64,000 nucleotides of DNA from an uncultured Parcubacteria group bacterium (GCA_947084965.1 CAMTUG010000001.1:211914-275913), one strand, 5' to 3'. Positions 7,192-17,027 are shown, counted from the stretch's first letter. The notes: generated from the letters alone by a model not told the origin. Made by a program: numbers and translations.

Positions 7192-8523
7192 ATGACTATG
7201 GCAGACGTAACGATGGAGAAATTGGTGAATTTGTGTAAGGCTCGGGGGTTCGTGTACCCGGGCTCTGACATTTATGGTGGGCTGGCCAACTCCTGGGACT
7301 ACGGTCCGCTGGGGGTGGAGTTGAAAAAGAATATTGTGGACGCCTGGTGGAAGCGCTTTGTGACGTCACGTCGCGATATGGTTGGGATCGATGCCGCCGT
7401 GATCATGAATCCGAAAGTGTGGGAGGCGTCGGGACACTTGGCCGAATTCACGGACCCGCTCGTTGAATGTAAAAAATGTCACACCCGTTATCGTGCTGAT
7501 CAGATCGATGTCTCTGCTGCTTGCACGCATTGCGGCACCAAAGGGGAATTCACCGACGCCAAGAATTTCAACTTGATGTTTAAGACGTTCCTCGGTTCAA
7601 CCGAAGACGCCGCTGGTGTTGCCTACTTGCGCGGGGAGTTGGCGCAGGGGATGTTCGTGGATTTTCCGATGGTTCAGCAATCATCGCGCAAGCGCGTGCC
7701 GTTCGGGATCGCCCAGGTCGGAAAGTGTTTCCGTAATGAAATCACTCCAGGCAATTTCATCTTCCGTACCCGCGAATTCAACTTGATGGAGTTTGAGTAC
7801 TTCATCCATCCGTCAGAATGGGAAAAGCATTTTGAGTATTGGCTTGGAGAAATGAAAGCCTGGCTGAAGTTTTTGGGTGTTGCGGACGATAAGCTCGTCT
7901 ATCACGACATCGAAGATGGAGAACGTGCCCACTATTCCAAGCGCACCGTTGATATTGAGTATCACTATCCGTTCGGCCAGAAGGAATTGTATGGTCTCGC
8001 GTATCGTACGGATTTTGACTTGAAGAATCACATGGAAAAGTCTGGCAAGGATCTGCGCTACACCGATCCGATGACCAATGAAAAGTATTTGCCGCACGTC
8101 ATCGAACCGACGTTTGGTATTGATCGTTCGCTTCTTGTAACCCTCCTCGAAGCGTACCGCGAAGAAGAAGCGCCAACGAGCGAAGAGGGGGAATCGGCGA
8201 CGCGTGTTGTCCTGAGGCTTCCAAAGTCACTCGCCCCGTACAAAGTGGCTGTGCTTCCATTATCCAAAAAAGACGAACTTTCGAGTGTCGCGTTGAAACT
8301 CGCCGATGATCTGCGCACCCAATTCGCCTGCGACTACGATGAAACGCAATCGATCGGCAAACGCTATCGCCGCCAAGACGAAATCGGCACGCCGTTCTGT
8401 GTGACCGTGGACTTTGACTCGCTCACCGATCAATCGGTCACGGTGCGGGATCGCGACACGATGGCCCAAGAACGGGTGAAGATCGCCGAACTCGCGGACT
8501 ATTTGAAAAACAAATTGGCATAG
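7192..8523 (+). CDS. glyQS: Glycine--tRNA ligase, alpha2 type
   Basis: IYGGLANSWDYGPLG, FRNEITPGNFIFRTREF, SIGKRYRRQDEIGTP. Confidence 0.97.
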   Translation: MTMADVTMEKLVNLCKARGFVYPGSDIYGGLANSWDYGPLGVELKKNIVDAWWKRFVTSRRDMVGIDAAVIMNPKVWEASGHLAEFTDPLVECKKCHTRYRADQIDVSAACTHCGTKGEFTDAKNFNLMFKTFLGSTEDAAGVAYLRGELAQGMFVDFPMVQQSSRKRVPFGIAQVGKCFRNEITPGNFIFRTREFNLMEFEYFIHPSEWEKHFEYWLGEMKAWLKFLGVADDKLVYHDIEDGERAHYSKRTVDIEYHYPFGQKELYGLAYRTDFDLKNHMEKSGKDLRYTDPMTNEKYLPHVIEPTFGIDRSLLVTLLEAYREEEAPTSEEGESATRVVLRLPKSLAPYKVAVLPLSKKDELSSVALKLADDLRTQFACDYDETQSIGKRYRRQDEIGTPFCVTVDFDSLTDQSVTVRDRDTMAQERVKIAELADYLKNKLA

Positions 8524-8528
8524 GCGAT

Positions 8529-9803
8529 ATGTTGAAAGGGAAAACGCTGAAGAACGGAACGCGCGTCCATCTAGTGCCAACAGAAGGAACAGAAGCGACA
8601 ACCTTACTTGTTCTTTTTAAAGTCGGTTCGCGCAACGAATCGCTGCCGGTGTGGGGCGGATCACACTTTGTCGAACACTTGATGTTTAAGGGAACAAAGA
8701 AGCGGGGGACCACGCTCGATATTTCACGCGAACTCGATCGCTACGGCGCTGAATACAACGCCTATACCGGAAAGGACTTAACCGGCTATTGGGTCAAAAT
8801 CGAAAGTGGCAAAATTGGTGTCGCGGTCGACTTGTTGCACGACATGCTGTTTCACTCGAAGTTCGATGCGACCGAAATGACGCGCGAGAAAAAGGTGATC
8901 ATTGAAGAGATCAAGATGTACGAAGAGAATCCGATCATGCACATCGAAGACTTGCTCGAAGAGGCGATGTTCGATGGTCACGTGCTCGGACGCAACATCG
9001 CTGGCACGGCCAAATCGATGATCGCCATGAAACGCAACGACGTCGTTACTTATCACAAAAATTACTACGTCCCGGAAAACATGGTAGTCGTGATGGCCGG
9101 AAGCGTGCCAAAGAATGCCTTGGCCATGATTCAAAAAACGTTCGGCGGTGTTTCGTCCAAAAAGATGAAACGGCTCGACGAGCCGTTTGCTGGAGTGCTG
9201 GCAGCCAAATCGATTCGTGCTCGCATTCAGACGAAGCCGGTTGAGCAGATTCAGTTGGCACTCGGATTTCCAACGGGCGGCCGGGCGCATAAAGATATGG
9301 ACGCGCTGAAACTCTTGGCTTCGATTTTAGGTGGAACGATGTCTTCGCGGTTATTTGTCGAAGTGCGCGAGAAACGCGGGTTGTGCTATACCGTGCGTGC
9401 TGGACTTGATGCTTATGATGACGTCGGTGTTTTCCAGATTCGCGCCGGGCTCGACGCCAAGCGATTGAAGGAGGCGATGAAGGTGATTATCGATGAAGTG
9501 AAGAAGGTGGTCAAAGATGGCGTCTCTGCGAAAGAATTACAGATGGCCAAGGATAATGTCCGCGGCGGTATGCTCCTCCAGCTCGAGGACTCATCCGCTA
9601 GCGCAGAATTTGTCGCCCGCCAAGAATTATTTTTGCGTGAAGTGCTGACGCCAGAAGAACGGATGAAGCGCTTCGATGCGGTGACGCGTGAAGACGTCCT
9701 TCGTGCCGCGCGAGAAGTTCTGGATTTTCGTCTGATGTCCGCGGCAGGGATCGGTCCATACAAAACGACAACGGAGTTTTTGAAACACTTTCCTAAACTA
9801 TGA
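8529..9803 (+). CDS. M16 (pitrilysin-family) zinc peptidase
   Basis: HFVEH inverted zinc motif, NAYT, SSRLF.EVREKRGLCY. Confidence 0.93.
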   Translation: MLKGKTLKNGTRVHLVPTEGTEATTLLVLFKVGSRNESLPVWGGSHFVEHLMFKGTKKRGTTLDISRELDRYGAEYNAYTGKDLTGYWVKIESGKIGVAVDLLHDMLFHSKFDATEMTREKKVIIEEIKMYEENPIMHIEDLLEEAMFDGHVLGRNIAGTAKSMIAMKRNDVVTYHKNYYVPENMVVVMAGSVPKNALAMIQKTFGGVSSKKMKRLDEPFAGVLAAKSIRARIQTKPVEQIQLALGFPTGGRAHKDMDALKLLASILGGTMSSRLFVEVREKRGLCYTVRAGLDAYDDVGVFQIRAGLDAKRLKEAMKVIIDEVKKVVKDGVSAKELQMAKDNVRGGMLLQLEDSSASAEFVARQELFLREVLTPEERMKRFDAVTREDVLRAAREVLDFRLMSAAGIGPYKTTTEFLKHFPKL

Positions 9804-10564
9804 AGACGCTCGTCGCCAACTGGAAGATGCACTTGACGGTGCGCCAGTCGGTCGCCTTGGCGAAGGTGTCCGTTGCTGCGTTGCGTGGTAAAACGGCGCT
9901 GCCTGAGGTTATTCTCGCTCCAAGTTTTCCAGCGCTCGAAGCGGTGCACCGGGTGATAGCGAAAAGTCGCCTTGGCCTCTGCGCTCAGGATGTTTCCTTT
10001 GAAGACGCCGGCGCCTTTACCGGCGAAGTTTCTCCGCGACAACTCAAAGATCTCGGAGTCACCCATGTGATCATCGGTCACAGTGAACGCCGAGCGATGG
10101 GGGAAACGGATGCGACGATTAACAAGAAGGTGATCGCTGTGCTGGCTGCCGGAATGACGCCGATTATCTGCGTTGGGGAAAGGAAAGAGGAAAGAGGAAA
10201 GAGGAAAGAGATCGTCACCCGTCAAGTTAAAGCCGCGCTGGCGACACTGAAGACCCGGGCCAAGGAACACCTTGTTTTCGCTTATGAACCGATTTGGGCG
10301 ATCGGCACGGGTGATGCGGCGACTCCAGAAGATGCGGTTGCCATGCATGCCTGCATCCGGGAAACGGCGCTTGGGGCCATTGACGGACTAAAAGAAAAAC
10401 AACTGCGTGTGCTGTATGGTGGAAGCGTCAACGGAAAAAATGCGCAGAGTTTCTTGTGTGAAGATCAGATTGACGGATTGCTCGTCGGCGGGGCCAGTTT
10501 GAAACCTGTCGAATGGAAGGCGATTATCACCGCTGCGATCAAGATTCAAAATGGGAAACGTTAA
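9800..10564 (+). CDS. tpiA: Triosephosphate isomerase
   Basis: ANWKM, GAFTGE, IGHSERR, AYEPIWAIGTG, YGGSV, LVGGASL. Confidence 0.97.
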   Translation: MKTLVANWKMHLTVRQSVALAKVSVAALRGKTALPEVILAPSFPALEAVHRVIAKSRLGLCAQDVSFEDAGAFTGEVSPRQLKDLGVTHVIIGHSERRAMGETDATINKKVIAVLAAGMTPIICVGERKEERGKRKEIVTRQVKAALATLKTRAKEHLVFAYEPIWAIGTGDAATPEDAVAMHACIRETALGAIDGLKEKQLRVLYGGSVNGKNAQSFLCEDQIDGLLVGGASLKPVEWKAIITAAIKIQNGKR

Positions 10565-11351
10565 TATGCTCTCCCTCTGGATTCCGCTCGGTATCATCAT
10601 CCTGTCGGTCATCCTTCTGCTCGTCTTGGCGATCAGAAAGATTCCGTATTTGCGCGCGCTTGATGTCCTTTCTGCACCGGAGCAAAAGGCTAAAGAGTTG
10701 AAACGTGCGCTGATCGCCTCGCGCCTTTCGCGTGCTGGGGCAAAATACGGAGGACAGATGAAGAAGATTTTTTCGCCGATCGTTGGAGCCGCCAAGTCGA
10801 GCGGAAGAAAGGCGGCAGAAAAAGTTTCTGCCCTTGAAGAACGCTATCAAAAGCTTCGGCGGGAAGCGATGGGACCGCACGCTCTGACTCCAGCGATGAT
10901 TAAAGAGATGATCAGTAAAGCCGAAGCGTTCATTAAGGATGAGCGATACGGCGAAGCGGAAAAAGCGTTAATCGAAGTTCTCTCCCACGATGCCAAGAAC
11001 GCTGAGGCGTACGAAACGCTCGGTTATCTATTCATGCTTCAGAAGAATTACGATCAGGCAGAAGAGACGTATAACTTTATCTTGAAAATTCAGCCAGGAG
11101 ACGCCTCGGTCCTAACGTCATTAGGGGAAATTGAATTGGCTCGAAATAATCCGGAGAAGGCGAAACAGTACTTCGATAAGGCGGTGAAGAAGCGTCCGCA
11201 TAATCCGAAGTATCTCGATTTTCTGCTGGAAGCATCGATCCAGGCTAAGGATGCTTCCGCAGCTCGCTGGGCGCTCGAGCAACTTCGCGGGGCGAATCCA
11301 GAAAATAAGAAACTCGGCGAATTTGAAGAGCGCATTCAATCGATTTCATAG
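10551..11351 (+). CDS. Membrane-anchored tetratricopeptide repeat protein
   Basis: N-terminal TM; TPR-like helical repeats. Confidence 0.8.
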   Translation: MGNVNMLSLWIPLGIIILSVILLLVLAIRKIPYLRALDVLSAPEQKAKELKRALIASRLSRAGAKYGGQMKKIFSPIVGAAKSSGRKAAEKVSALEERYQKLRREAMGPHALTPAMIKEMISKAEAFIKDERYGEAEKALIEVLSHDAKNAEAYETLGYLFMLQKNYDQAEETYNFILKIQPGDASVLTSLGEIELARNNPEKAKQYFDKAVKKRPHNPKYLDFLLEASIQAKDASAARWALEQLRGANPENKKLGEFEERIQSIS

Positions 11352-11452
11352 CTCGCGCACGAGCGACCCTTTACAAAAGGGTCGTTTGTGTATAAGCTTG
11401 GACATCCTGTCTACCCAAATCAGGATGCCCCTGAACCTTCCCGAGGTGCCCC

Positions 11453-12589
11453 ATGTTCATCGCGCCGTTCATCCTTTCGCTCTTCGCTCCGGCCTTCGCC
11501 GAGGAGCCCGTCCCCGTCGTCTCGCCGGTCGCCGCGCCCAAGACCTACATCCTCGTCGCCGGGACGAGCGAGTACCAGAACGCGCCGGACCTGCCGGGCG
11601 TCGAGGGGGCGACCAAGGACTGCCAGACGATCGGTGCTCGGCTGATCGAGGTCGGGTTCACCACCGAGCAGGTCACCGCGCTCTGCGGCGACAAGCTCAC
11701 CAAGCCGGCGGTCGTCGAGGCGGTCAACACCCTGGCGCCCCGACTTGTTGCCGGGGACACCTTCGTCGTCGTCTGGATCGGCCACGGCGGCCAGGACCCG
11801 AAGGACGAGACCAAGAAGTACTGGCAGGGCTACGACGGCAGCTTCGTCGTCGATCCGGCCGCCCCGACCAACTACTTCACGACCGGGATCACCCCGACGA
11901 TGCTCACGAAGGCGATCAAGAGCAAGACGCCGGCCGGGACCCCGATCGTCCTCATGACCGACACGTCGGACAGTGGGTCCTACAACGGGATCCCGCTCAG
12001 CGGGCCGGTCGCCGACACCTTCGAGAAGGAGGTCTACATGATCTCCCCGGGGATGGCGCTTGGCAAGTCCGGGGCGCTCACGAAGTCGTTCATCGGCTGT
12101 CTCGAGCCCCGCATGCGCTACGGCGTCGCCGAGGAGCACACCGCGATCGAGGTCCAGGCCTGCATGTCGAACGGTCTCAGGGCCAGCAACATCGAGTCGT
12201 GGCTTTCCAGCGCGGACTGGGATACGATCACCACGCTCATCTGGTTCCCGCCGCTTCCGCCCGCGCTTCCCAGGCCACTCCCTGAGCAGACGGCCAGGAA
12301 GCCGTCGACGGTGAAGCCGGCGATGCGCTGGGGCGGTGTCGCCCTCGCCGTCATCGGTGGCGGTGGAGCAGCCGCGTCGTACCTCCACGCGGACGGCATC
12401 GCGGGACAGATCGCTGACGAGAACGGCGTCGTCGATCCCCGGGACGCGGCCGCGCTCGAGGAGTACAACCTGTTCAAGACCCTGACCTACGTCGGCTACG
12501 GTGTCGTCGGCCTCGGTGCGATCAGCTTCGGCGGTTCGCTCGTCGTCGCTCCCGCCCCGACCGGTGTCACGGTCAGCGGAACGTTCTAA
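11453..12589 (+). CDS. Exported caspase-like (C14) domain protein with C-terminal membrane hairpin; catalytic Cys absent
   Basis: Signal peptide; LVAGTSEY...L.G...D; IGHGG; DTSDSG where DxCxSG is expected; GAGGT SD; GC-rich. Confidence 0.7.
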   Translation: MFIAPFILSLFAPAFAEEPVPVVSPVAAPKTYILVAGTSEYQNAPDLPGVEGATKDCQTIGARLIEVGFTTEQVTALCGDKLTKPAVVEAVNTLAPRLVAGDTFVVVWIGHGGQDPKDETKKYWQGYDGSFVVDPAAPTNYFTTGITPTMLTKAIKSKTPAGTPIVLMTDTSDSGSYNGIPLSGPVADTFEKEVYMISPGMALGKSGALTKSFIGCLEPRMRYGVAEEHTAIEVQACMSNGLRASNIESWLSSADWDTITTLIWFPPLPPALPRPLPEQTARKPSTVKPAMRWGGVALAVIGGGGAAASYLHADGIAGQIADENGVVDPRDAAALEEYNLFKTLTYVGYGVVGLGAISFGGSLVVAPAPTGVTVSGTF

Positions 12590-12614
12590 CCGTTCCGACC
12601 TCTCTAACGTGAAG

Positions 12615-12641
12615 CCCCCGACTGCAGACGGCAGTCGGGGG
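12615..12641 (+). terminator. 3' stem-loop, pentaloop AGACG
   Basis: CCCCCGACTGC/GCAGTCGGGGG then TTCGCATTTT. Confidence 0.7.
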
Positions 12642-12657
12642 TTCGCATTTTGTCCGA

Positions 12658-12688
12658 GGTCCGGAGAGCGAGTGGCGCGCTCCGGACC
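12658..12688 (-). terminator. 3' stem-loop, pentaloop CCACT
   Basis: 13-bp stem with one mismatch just after the stop of 12695..13528. Confidence 0.65.
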
Positions 12689-12694
12689 GTCTGA

Positions 12695-13528
12695 CTAGCG
12701 GAAGTAGAGGGTGTGGTTGGACGCCTTGGGGCGTTGGCCGGCCAGTCGGTCGAACTGGGTGGGGACGAATCCCCCCAGGTTGACCCCCTGGAGACGCAGG
12801 GCCGAGGTTGCGTCGACGTCGCCGACCAGCCAGGCGTTCCACAGCGACTCGGCGAAGTCGCCGCCGCGGGTGCGCAGGGCACTCTCGATCACGGGCCAGG
12901 CTTCGTCCGAGTGCCAGTGATCGAACGGCGTGTACTCCGGCGGGAAGGTTGCCGGGAACCCGAACAGGGCGCGGAACCAGTTGGGGATCGCGCGGCGGGT
13001 TGCGATCTCCTGGTTGCGGAGATCGACCTTGGTGCGGTTCTCGCTCCAGAAGTCGATCTCGATGAAGGGCGTGTCCGTATCGCCCCCCTTGCGAACCGGG
13101 CAGAAGAAGATGGAGAACCCCGCGCTCACCTTGGCGCCGCGAAGGATCAGGAGGTTGAGCAAGGGTTCGAGCCGGGCCTTCATGCCCTTCTCGTCTCGCA
13201 TCTTGTCCAGGATCTTCGGGTGCTTCGGTCCGGCGCTGATCACCCAGCTCCCGAGCGGCACGGGGCCGGTCGTCTTGAGATCTTCGAGCACCGCCCGGAC
13301 CTCGACGAGTGCCGGGACGGACACGGGCTTCTGCCGTTCGCGGAACGGGGTGAGGGTCACCCAGGGCAGGCTCGGGTCGACCTCGTCCTTGTCGATCACG
13401 CGGTCGGTGGGGAGACGCAGGACCCGGCTCTTGTTGTCCGGTCGGTCGATGTCCGGCGTCCGGATGAACGAACGCACTTCGGGTGCGCCCTTCTTGGGAA
13501 CGGCGAAGGGGAGAGATCTCTGGGCCAC
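12695..13528 (-). CDS. GC-rich orphan protein
   Basis: GAGGT SD before GTG 13528; long ORF with C/G-ending codons. Confidence 0.7.
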   Translation of the reverse strand: MAQRSLPFAVPKKGAPEVRSFIRTPDIDRPDNKSRVLRLPTDRVIDKDEVDPSLPWVTLTPFRERQKPVSVPALVEVRAVLEDLKTTGPVPLGSWVISAGPKHPKILDKMRDEKGMKARLEPLLNLLILRGAKVSAGFSIFFCPVRKGGDTDTPFIEIDFWSENRTKVDLRNQEIATRRAIPNWFRALFGFPATFPPEYTPFDHWHSDEAWPVIESALRTRGGDFAESLWNAWLVGDVDATSALRLQGVNLGGFVPTQFDRLAGQRPKASNHTLYFR

Positions 13529-13555
13529 GGCTACCTCGGGGTTAAGGGTTTGCAC

Positions 13556-13620
13556 ATGAAAGCATTTTTTCAAATGAACGTCAATGATTATTGACAATTC
13601 GCTTATTTTCGTGTTAAAGA
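13556..13620. promoter_or_regulatory. Back-to-back divergent promoters
   Basis: TTGACG (minus, 13579-13584) and TTGACA (plus, 13591-13596) in an AT-rich gap; -10 boxes weak. Confidence 0.55.
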
Positions 13621-13647
13621 ACCGTTGGCACATTCACGGAGGTCTAG

Positions 13648-15366
13648 ATGCAAGAACACCCAACGTCGTTTGGCGAAGGACGCTACCGCGTCGAGCGGCT
13701 GATCGGCCAAGGAGGGATGGCCAGGGTGTACCTGGCCTACGACACCCGGAACCACCGACCGGTCGCGATCAAGGTTCCGAACCCCAACCTGCTCACCCCG
13801 GACAAGGTGGTGCACGTGCGGGCGCGGCACGACAACGAACGTGCGGTCCTCGGAATTCTGGTCCACCCGTTCGTTCCGGCGCTCTACGATCACGGTGAGG
13901 AGCCGTCGGGGAAGGAGAACAACCCGACCACCACGCCCTACATCGTCATGGAGTACGTGCCGGGACGCGACCTCGAAGAGTGTCGGACCGAGTTCGGCGC
14001 ACTGCCGCCTCGGGTCGTCTGTCACGCCATGCTCCAGGTCCTCTCGGTTCTGGCTCAGCTCCACGCCGACGTTCGCGGGATCGTCCACCGTGACGTCAAG
14101 CCGGCGAACATCCGTCTGCGTGCGGACAAGCTCGTCAAGCTGATGGACTACGGGATCGCCAAGGTGCATCGCACCAGGGGCTCTGCCGGCAAGACGATGT
14201 TCCAGCCCAACATGACCCGGAGCGATTCACCGATCGGCACCCGCGGGTTCATGGGGATCGCCCAGATCTCGATGGATGCGGACCTCGGACCGCGGGCGGA
14301 TCTCTACGGCGTCGTGGCCACGATGGTCGCGCTCCTCACCGGCAAGGACCGCGCACCTGATCTGTGGAACGTGAAGGGCGAAGTGCACACTGCGCTCACC
14401 GGTGTGCCGCGGATCCTGCGGCCGATCATCATCCGCTGTGCGAGCGAGGTGATCCCAGACAACCAGAAGGTCACCTCGGCCGAAGAGTGCGCGCGCCTGC
14501 TCGAGGCCCTGATCGCCAAGCTTCCGGAAGATGACAGCGATCGCTTCTGGAAGTGGTTCCGGAAAGAGGGGATGACGATCGTTCCAGACGTCCTCGTGCC
14601 GAGCTCCTGGCCCGGTGGCGACATCGATGAGCACCTGCGTGAACTCCCGTCGGTCGATCGCTTCGTCCCCGAACCCGCGGAAGCGGAAGGGGAACCGGCG
14701 GAGTTCGATGACGAGGGATCGGCCCCGGACGATGAGGAGTTCGTCCCGGCTCGTCGATCGCGAGTCCTGCCCTTCTTCGGAGGGGCGGCTCTGCTCGCGG
14801 CTCTCTTCGGACTCGGCGTCGTGTTCTGGGGTGACGAACCGAGCGTGGTGCAGGAAAGTCTCATGCCGGCTGTCGCGGCCCCATCGAGCGCGGCCGTCAT
14901 CGAGATCGATCGAAGGGATACCCAACCGTCCCTCACCAGGATCGCCACATCGGATCCTGCGCCTTCACCCCCGCCTGAATCGGTCGGCGGTGTCCCAGCG
15001 ATCAACACGCCGCCCACACCAGCCGAACAGACCGATCGTCCGAAGATCGATCGGCCGGTCCGCGATCGTGTCCCGGCAACCGTCACCCCTGCGCCGGTCG
15101 TCACCCCACCCCCTCCGATCCCGGCCCAGGCCCCTCCGGCTCCGGTCGAGGAAGAAGAGAAGGGCACGGTGCGTGTCACGGGCGGAGTTCCGGTGCGGCT
15201 CAAGAAGGGGGGAGCGATCTTCTCCGCCCCGGGCTCGGTCAAGCCGGGCACCTACACGGTCGAGGCACAGTTCGCCGACACCTACACCCCGCAGATGGAG
15301 ATCACCGTGAAGCCCGGGGAGACACGGACCGTCTCCTGCGACCGCGACTTCACGTCCTGCGAATAG
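13648..15366 (+). CDS. Hanks-type Ser/Thr protein kinase with TM helix, Pro-rich linker and PEGA-like C-terminal domain
   Basis: GQGGMARVY, VAIK, HRDVKPANI, DYG; GGAGGT SD; GC-rich. Confidence 0.92.
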   Translation: MQEHPTSFGEGRYRVERLIGQGGMARVYLAYDTRNHRPVAIKVPNPNLLTPDKVVHVRARHDNERAVLGILVHPFVPALYDHGEEPSGKENNPTTTPYIVMEYVPGRDLEECRTEFGALPPRVVCHAMLQVLSVLAQLHADVRGIVHRDVKPANIRLRADKLVKLMDYGIAKVHRTRGSAGKTMFQPNMTRSDSPIGTRGFMGIAQISMDADLGPRADLYGVVATMVALLTGKDRAPDLWNVKGEVHTALTGVPRILRPIIIRCASEVIPDNQKVTSAEECARLLEALIAKLPEDDSDRFWKWFRKEGMTIVPDVLVPSSWPGGDIDEHLRELPSVDRFVPEPAEAEGEPAEFDDEGSAPDDEEFVPARRSRVLPFFGGAALLAALFGLGVVFWGDEPSVVQESLMPAVAAPSSAAVIEIDRRDTQPSLTRIATSDPAPSPPPESVGGVPAINTPPTPAEQTDRPKIDRPVRDRVPATVTPAPVVTPPPPIPAQAPPAPVEEEEKGTVRVTGGVPVRLKKGGAIFSAPGSVKPGTYTVEAQFADTYTPQMEITVKPGETRTVSCDRDFTSCE

Positions 15367-15371
15367 CTCAA

Positions 15372-15398
15372 CGCCCTCCTCGGTACTCGAGGGGGGCG
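15372..15398 (+). terminator. 3' stem-loop, pentaloop GTACT
   Basis: CGCCCTCCTCG/CGAGGGGGGCG then CTGCATTT. Confidence 0.7.
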
Positions 15399-15456
15399 CT
15401 GCATTTATACGCTTGTCATTCCAGGACCGTTCGGGTATATTGACGCGGCAATATTA

Positions 15457-15531
15457 GCCGCAGTAGCTCAGTGGTAGAGCACCTCCATGGTAAGGAGGGG
15501 GTCTCGGGTTCAAATCCCGACTGTGGCTCCA
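15457..15531 (+). tRNA. tRNA-Thr(GGT)
   Basis: Cloverleaf, anticodon arm CCTCC-ATGGTAA-GGAGG, GGTTCAAATCC, encoded CCA. Confidence 0.97.
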
Positions 15532-15666
15532 TGAAAATAGATCAGAAGTTTCTGATCTATTTTCATTTAAGGGTGGGGATTTGAACCGTGGGAAAGGGGT
15601 ACGGGGAAAACGAACACGAGGGAGACCTGTTTGTGTTACAATTAAACAAAGGATGCATGAATATTT

Positions 15667-16677
15667 ATGAAAAAATCGACGCTTACGTATCTTAGTTTGT
15701 TGATCGTTCTTGGCCTGGCGATGGTTACAGGATTTTCTGTGATCAAGGATCGTTTTTTCACATCAGACAATTTGATCGCGGATAACACGAATGAGAGGGT
15801 GTTGAATGCCTTTAGTTGTAATAGCAGTCAAATGTTCATACCCCCGACAAGCGGAGAAGACTTAACGGAGATTCAATTGTATACCGCGCGAAGTGATGAT
15901 GGTGTTACTTTTGCAGATGAACGGGAGTTTATAAAAGGTGCGGGCGTACCAAGTGTGACGCAAGGTGAGGACGGAACGCTCTTTGCTGTTTTCAATTGGT
16001 TCCCATCCTATGCAGAAAATCCAGATTGCTATAACAAAATCGCCATGATGACTTCGAACGACGCTGGTGTTACATGGGACGGTCCGTTCGGTTTATTTAT
16101 CGAAGAGTTCCCGGACGATTATCAACTGCCTTATGATCCTACGATTGCACGAGACGCTGAGGGGAAATTTAGGATGTTTTTCACGACACATAAATTAGGT
16201 ATGGACGAGCCGTTTATTTACGGGAGTGCAGTATCTGAAGACGGTCTTCACTTTACTTATGACGGTATCGTATTTGAAAGTAAAGGTAATCATGTTGTGG
16301 ATGGCTCAGAAATATATTTCAACGGCAAGTGGATTATGATTGCCCCGCTCGCTAAGCAAAACGGCGAGGCCCTTCAGGCGACTTCCATTGATGGACGTTT
16401 GTTTGAGGTGGTGAATAGTAATCGGCCAAAACGCAGTATGTATTGGGTAGGAAATATGGTCGCACTTGCTGACGAAGTCCGTTTTTATGGTTCGTGCGGT
16501 GAAGAAACGGATCTTCGTGGACTTTGTTATAGTGCGACAACGGATGGGAATGTTTGGGATGATCCGGTCCTTACAAACGGTTACGCCGGTGATCCGGGGG
16601 TTGTATATCTGGATGATGGACAGTTCGTCATTATTTATGCAGAGCCTCGTGCGCCTGTCGTACCAATAGAACGATAA
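15667..16677 (+). CDS. Membrane-anchored Asp-box beta-propeller (sialidase/glycoside hydrolase-like)
   Basis: N-terminal TM; SDDGVTF, SNDAGVTW, SEDGLHF, DP motifs. Confidence 0.7.
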   Translation: MKKSTLTYLSLLIVLGLAMVTGFSVIKDRFFTSDNLIADNTNERVLNAFSCNSSQMFIPPTSGEDLTEIQLYTARSDDGVTFADEREFIKGAGVPSVTQGEDGTLFAVFNWFPSYAENPDCYNKIAMMTSNDAGVTWDGPFGLFIEEFPDDYQLPYDPTIARDAEGKFRMFFTTHKLGMDEPFIYGSAVSEDGLHFTYDGIVFESKGNHVVDGSEIYFNGKWIMIAPLAKQNGEALQATSIDGRLFEVVNSNRPKRSMYWVGNMVALADEVRFYGSCGEETDLRGLCYSATTDGNVWDDPVLTNGYAGDPGVVYLDDGQFVIIYAEPRAPVVPIER

Positions 16678-16803
16678 AAGTGAGCGTCCGACGATCAACT
16701 TTTTAAAACACTGTTGTTGAAGCTCTTTTAGCTTGCCTAGAATAGTCCCTCACCAGGCCTTGCTTTTTAGCTTCCGTTTGTATATCATGCTCACGCAAAA
16801 CAT

Positions 16804-16890
16804 GGGCAGGTACCGAAGTGGTCAAACGGGGGAGACTGTAAATCTCCTGGCTTTACGCCTTCGATGGTTCGAACCCATCCCTGCCCACCA
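16804..16890 (+). tRNA. tRNA-Tyr(GTA)
   Basis: GGAGA-CTGTAAA-TCTCC arm, long variable arm, CCA. Confidence 0.97.
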
Positions 16891-16892
16891 GA

Positions 16893-17016
16893 CCGGTCCG
16901 CAGATTTTGGTCCAGGACTGTGTTGCGGGGCCCTGTCGTCTTGTCGCCGTACGTTTCAGTACGGCTCCTGCGCCGACGTCCCGCGCCTTGTCCTGAACAC
17001 AAAATCTGCAGACCGG
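16893..17016. other. Long structured spacer between tRNAs
   Basis: CCGGTCCGCAGATTTTGGTCCAGGAC pairs with GTCCTGAACACAAAATCTGCAGACCGG; nested GCCGTAC/GTACGGC. Confidence 0.7.
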
Positions 17017-17027
17017 CGCTAAAACAG

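Noticed and set aside
11352-15420. GC-rich blocks as contamination or mis-assembly
   Set aside because: They recur at many sites with clean gene boundaries, shared hairpins and overlaps with backbone signals. Read mapping is still needed to exclude this fully.
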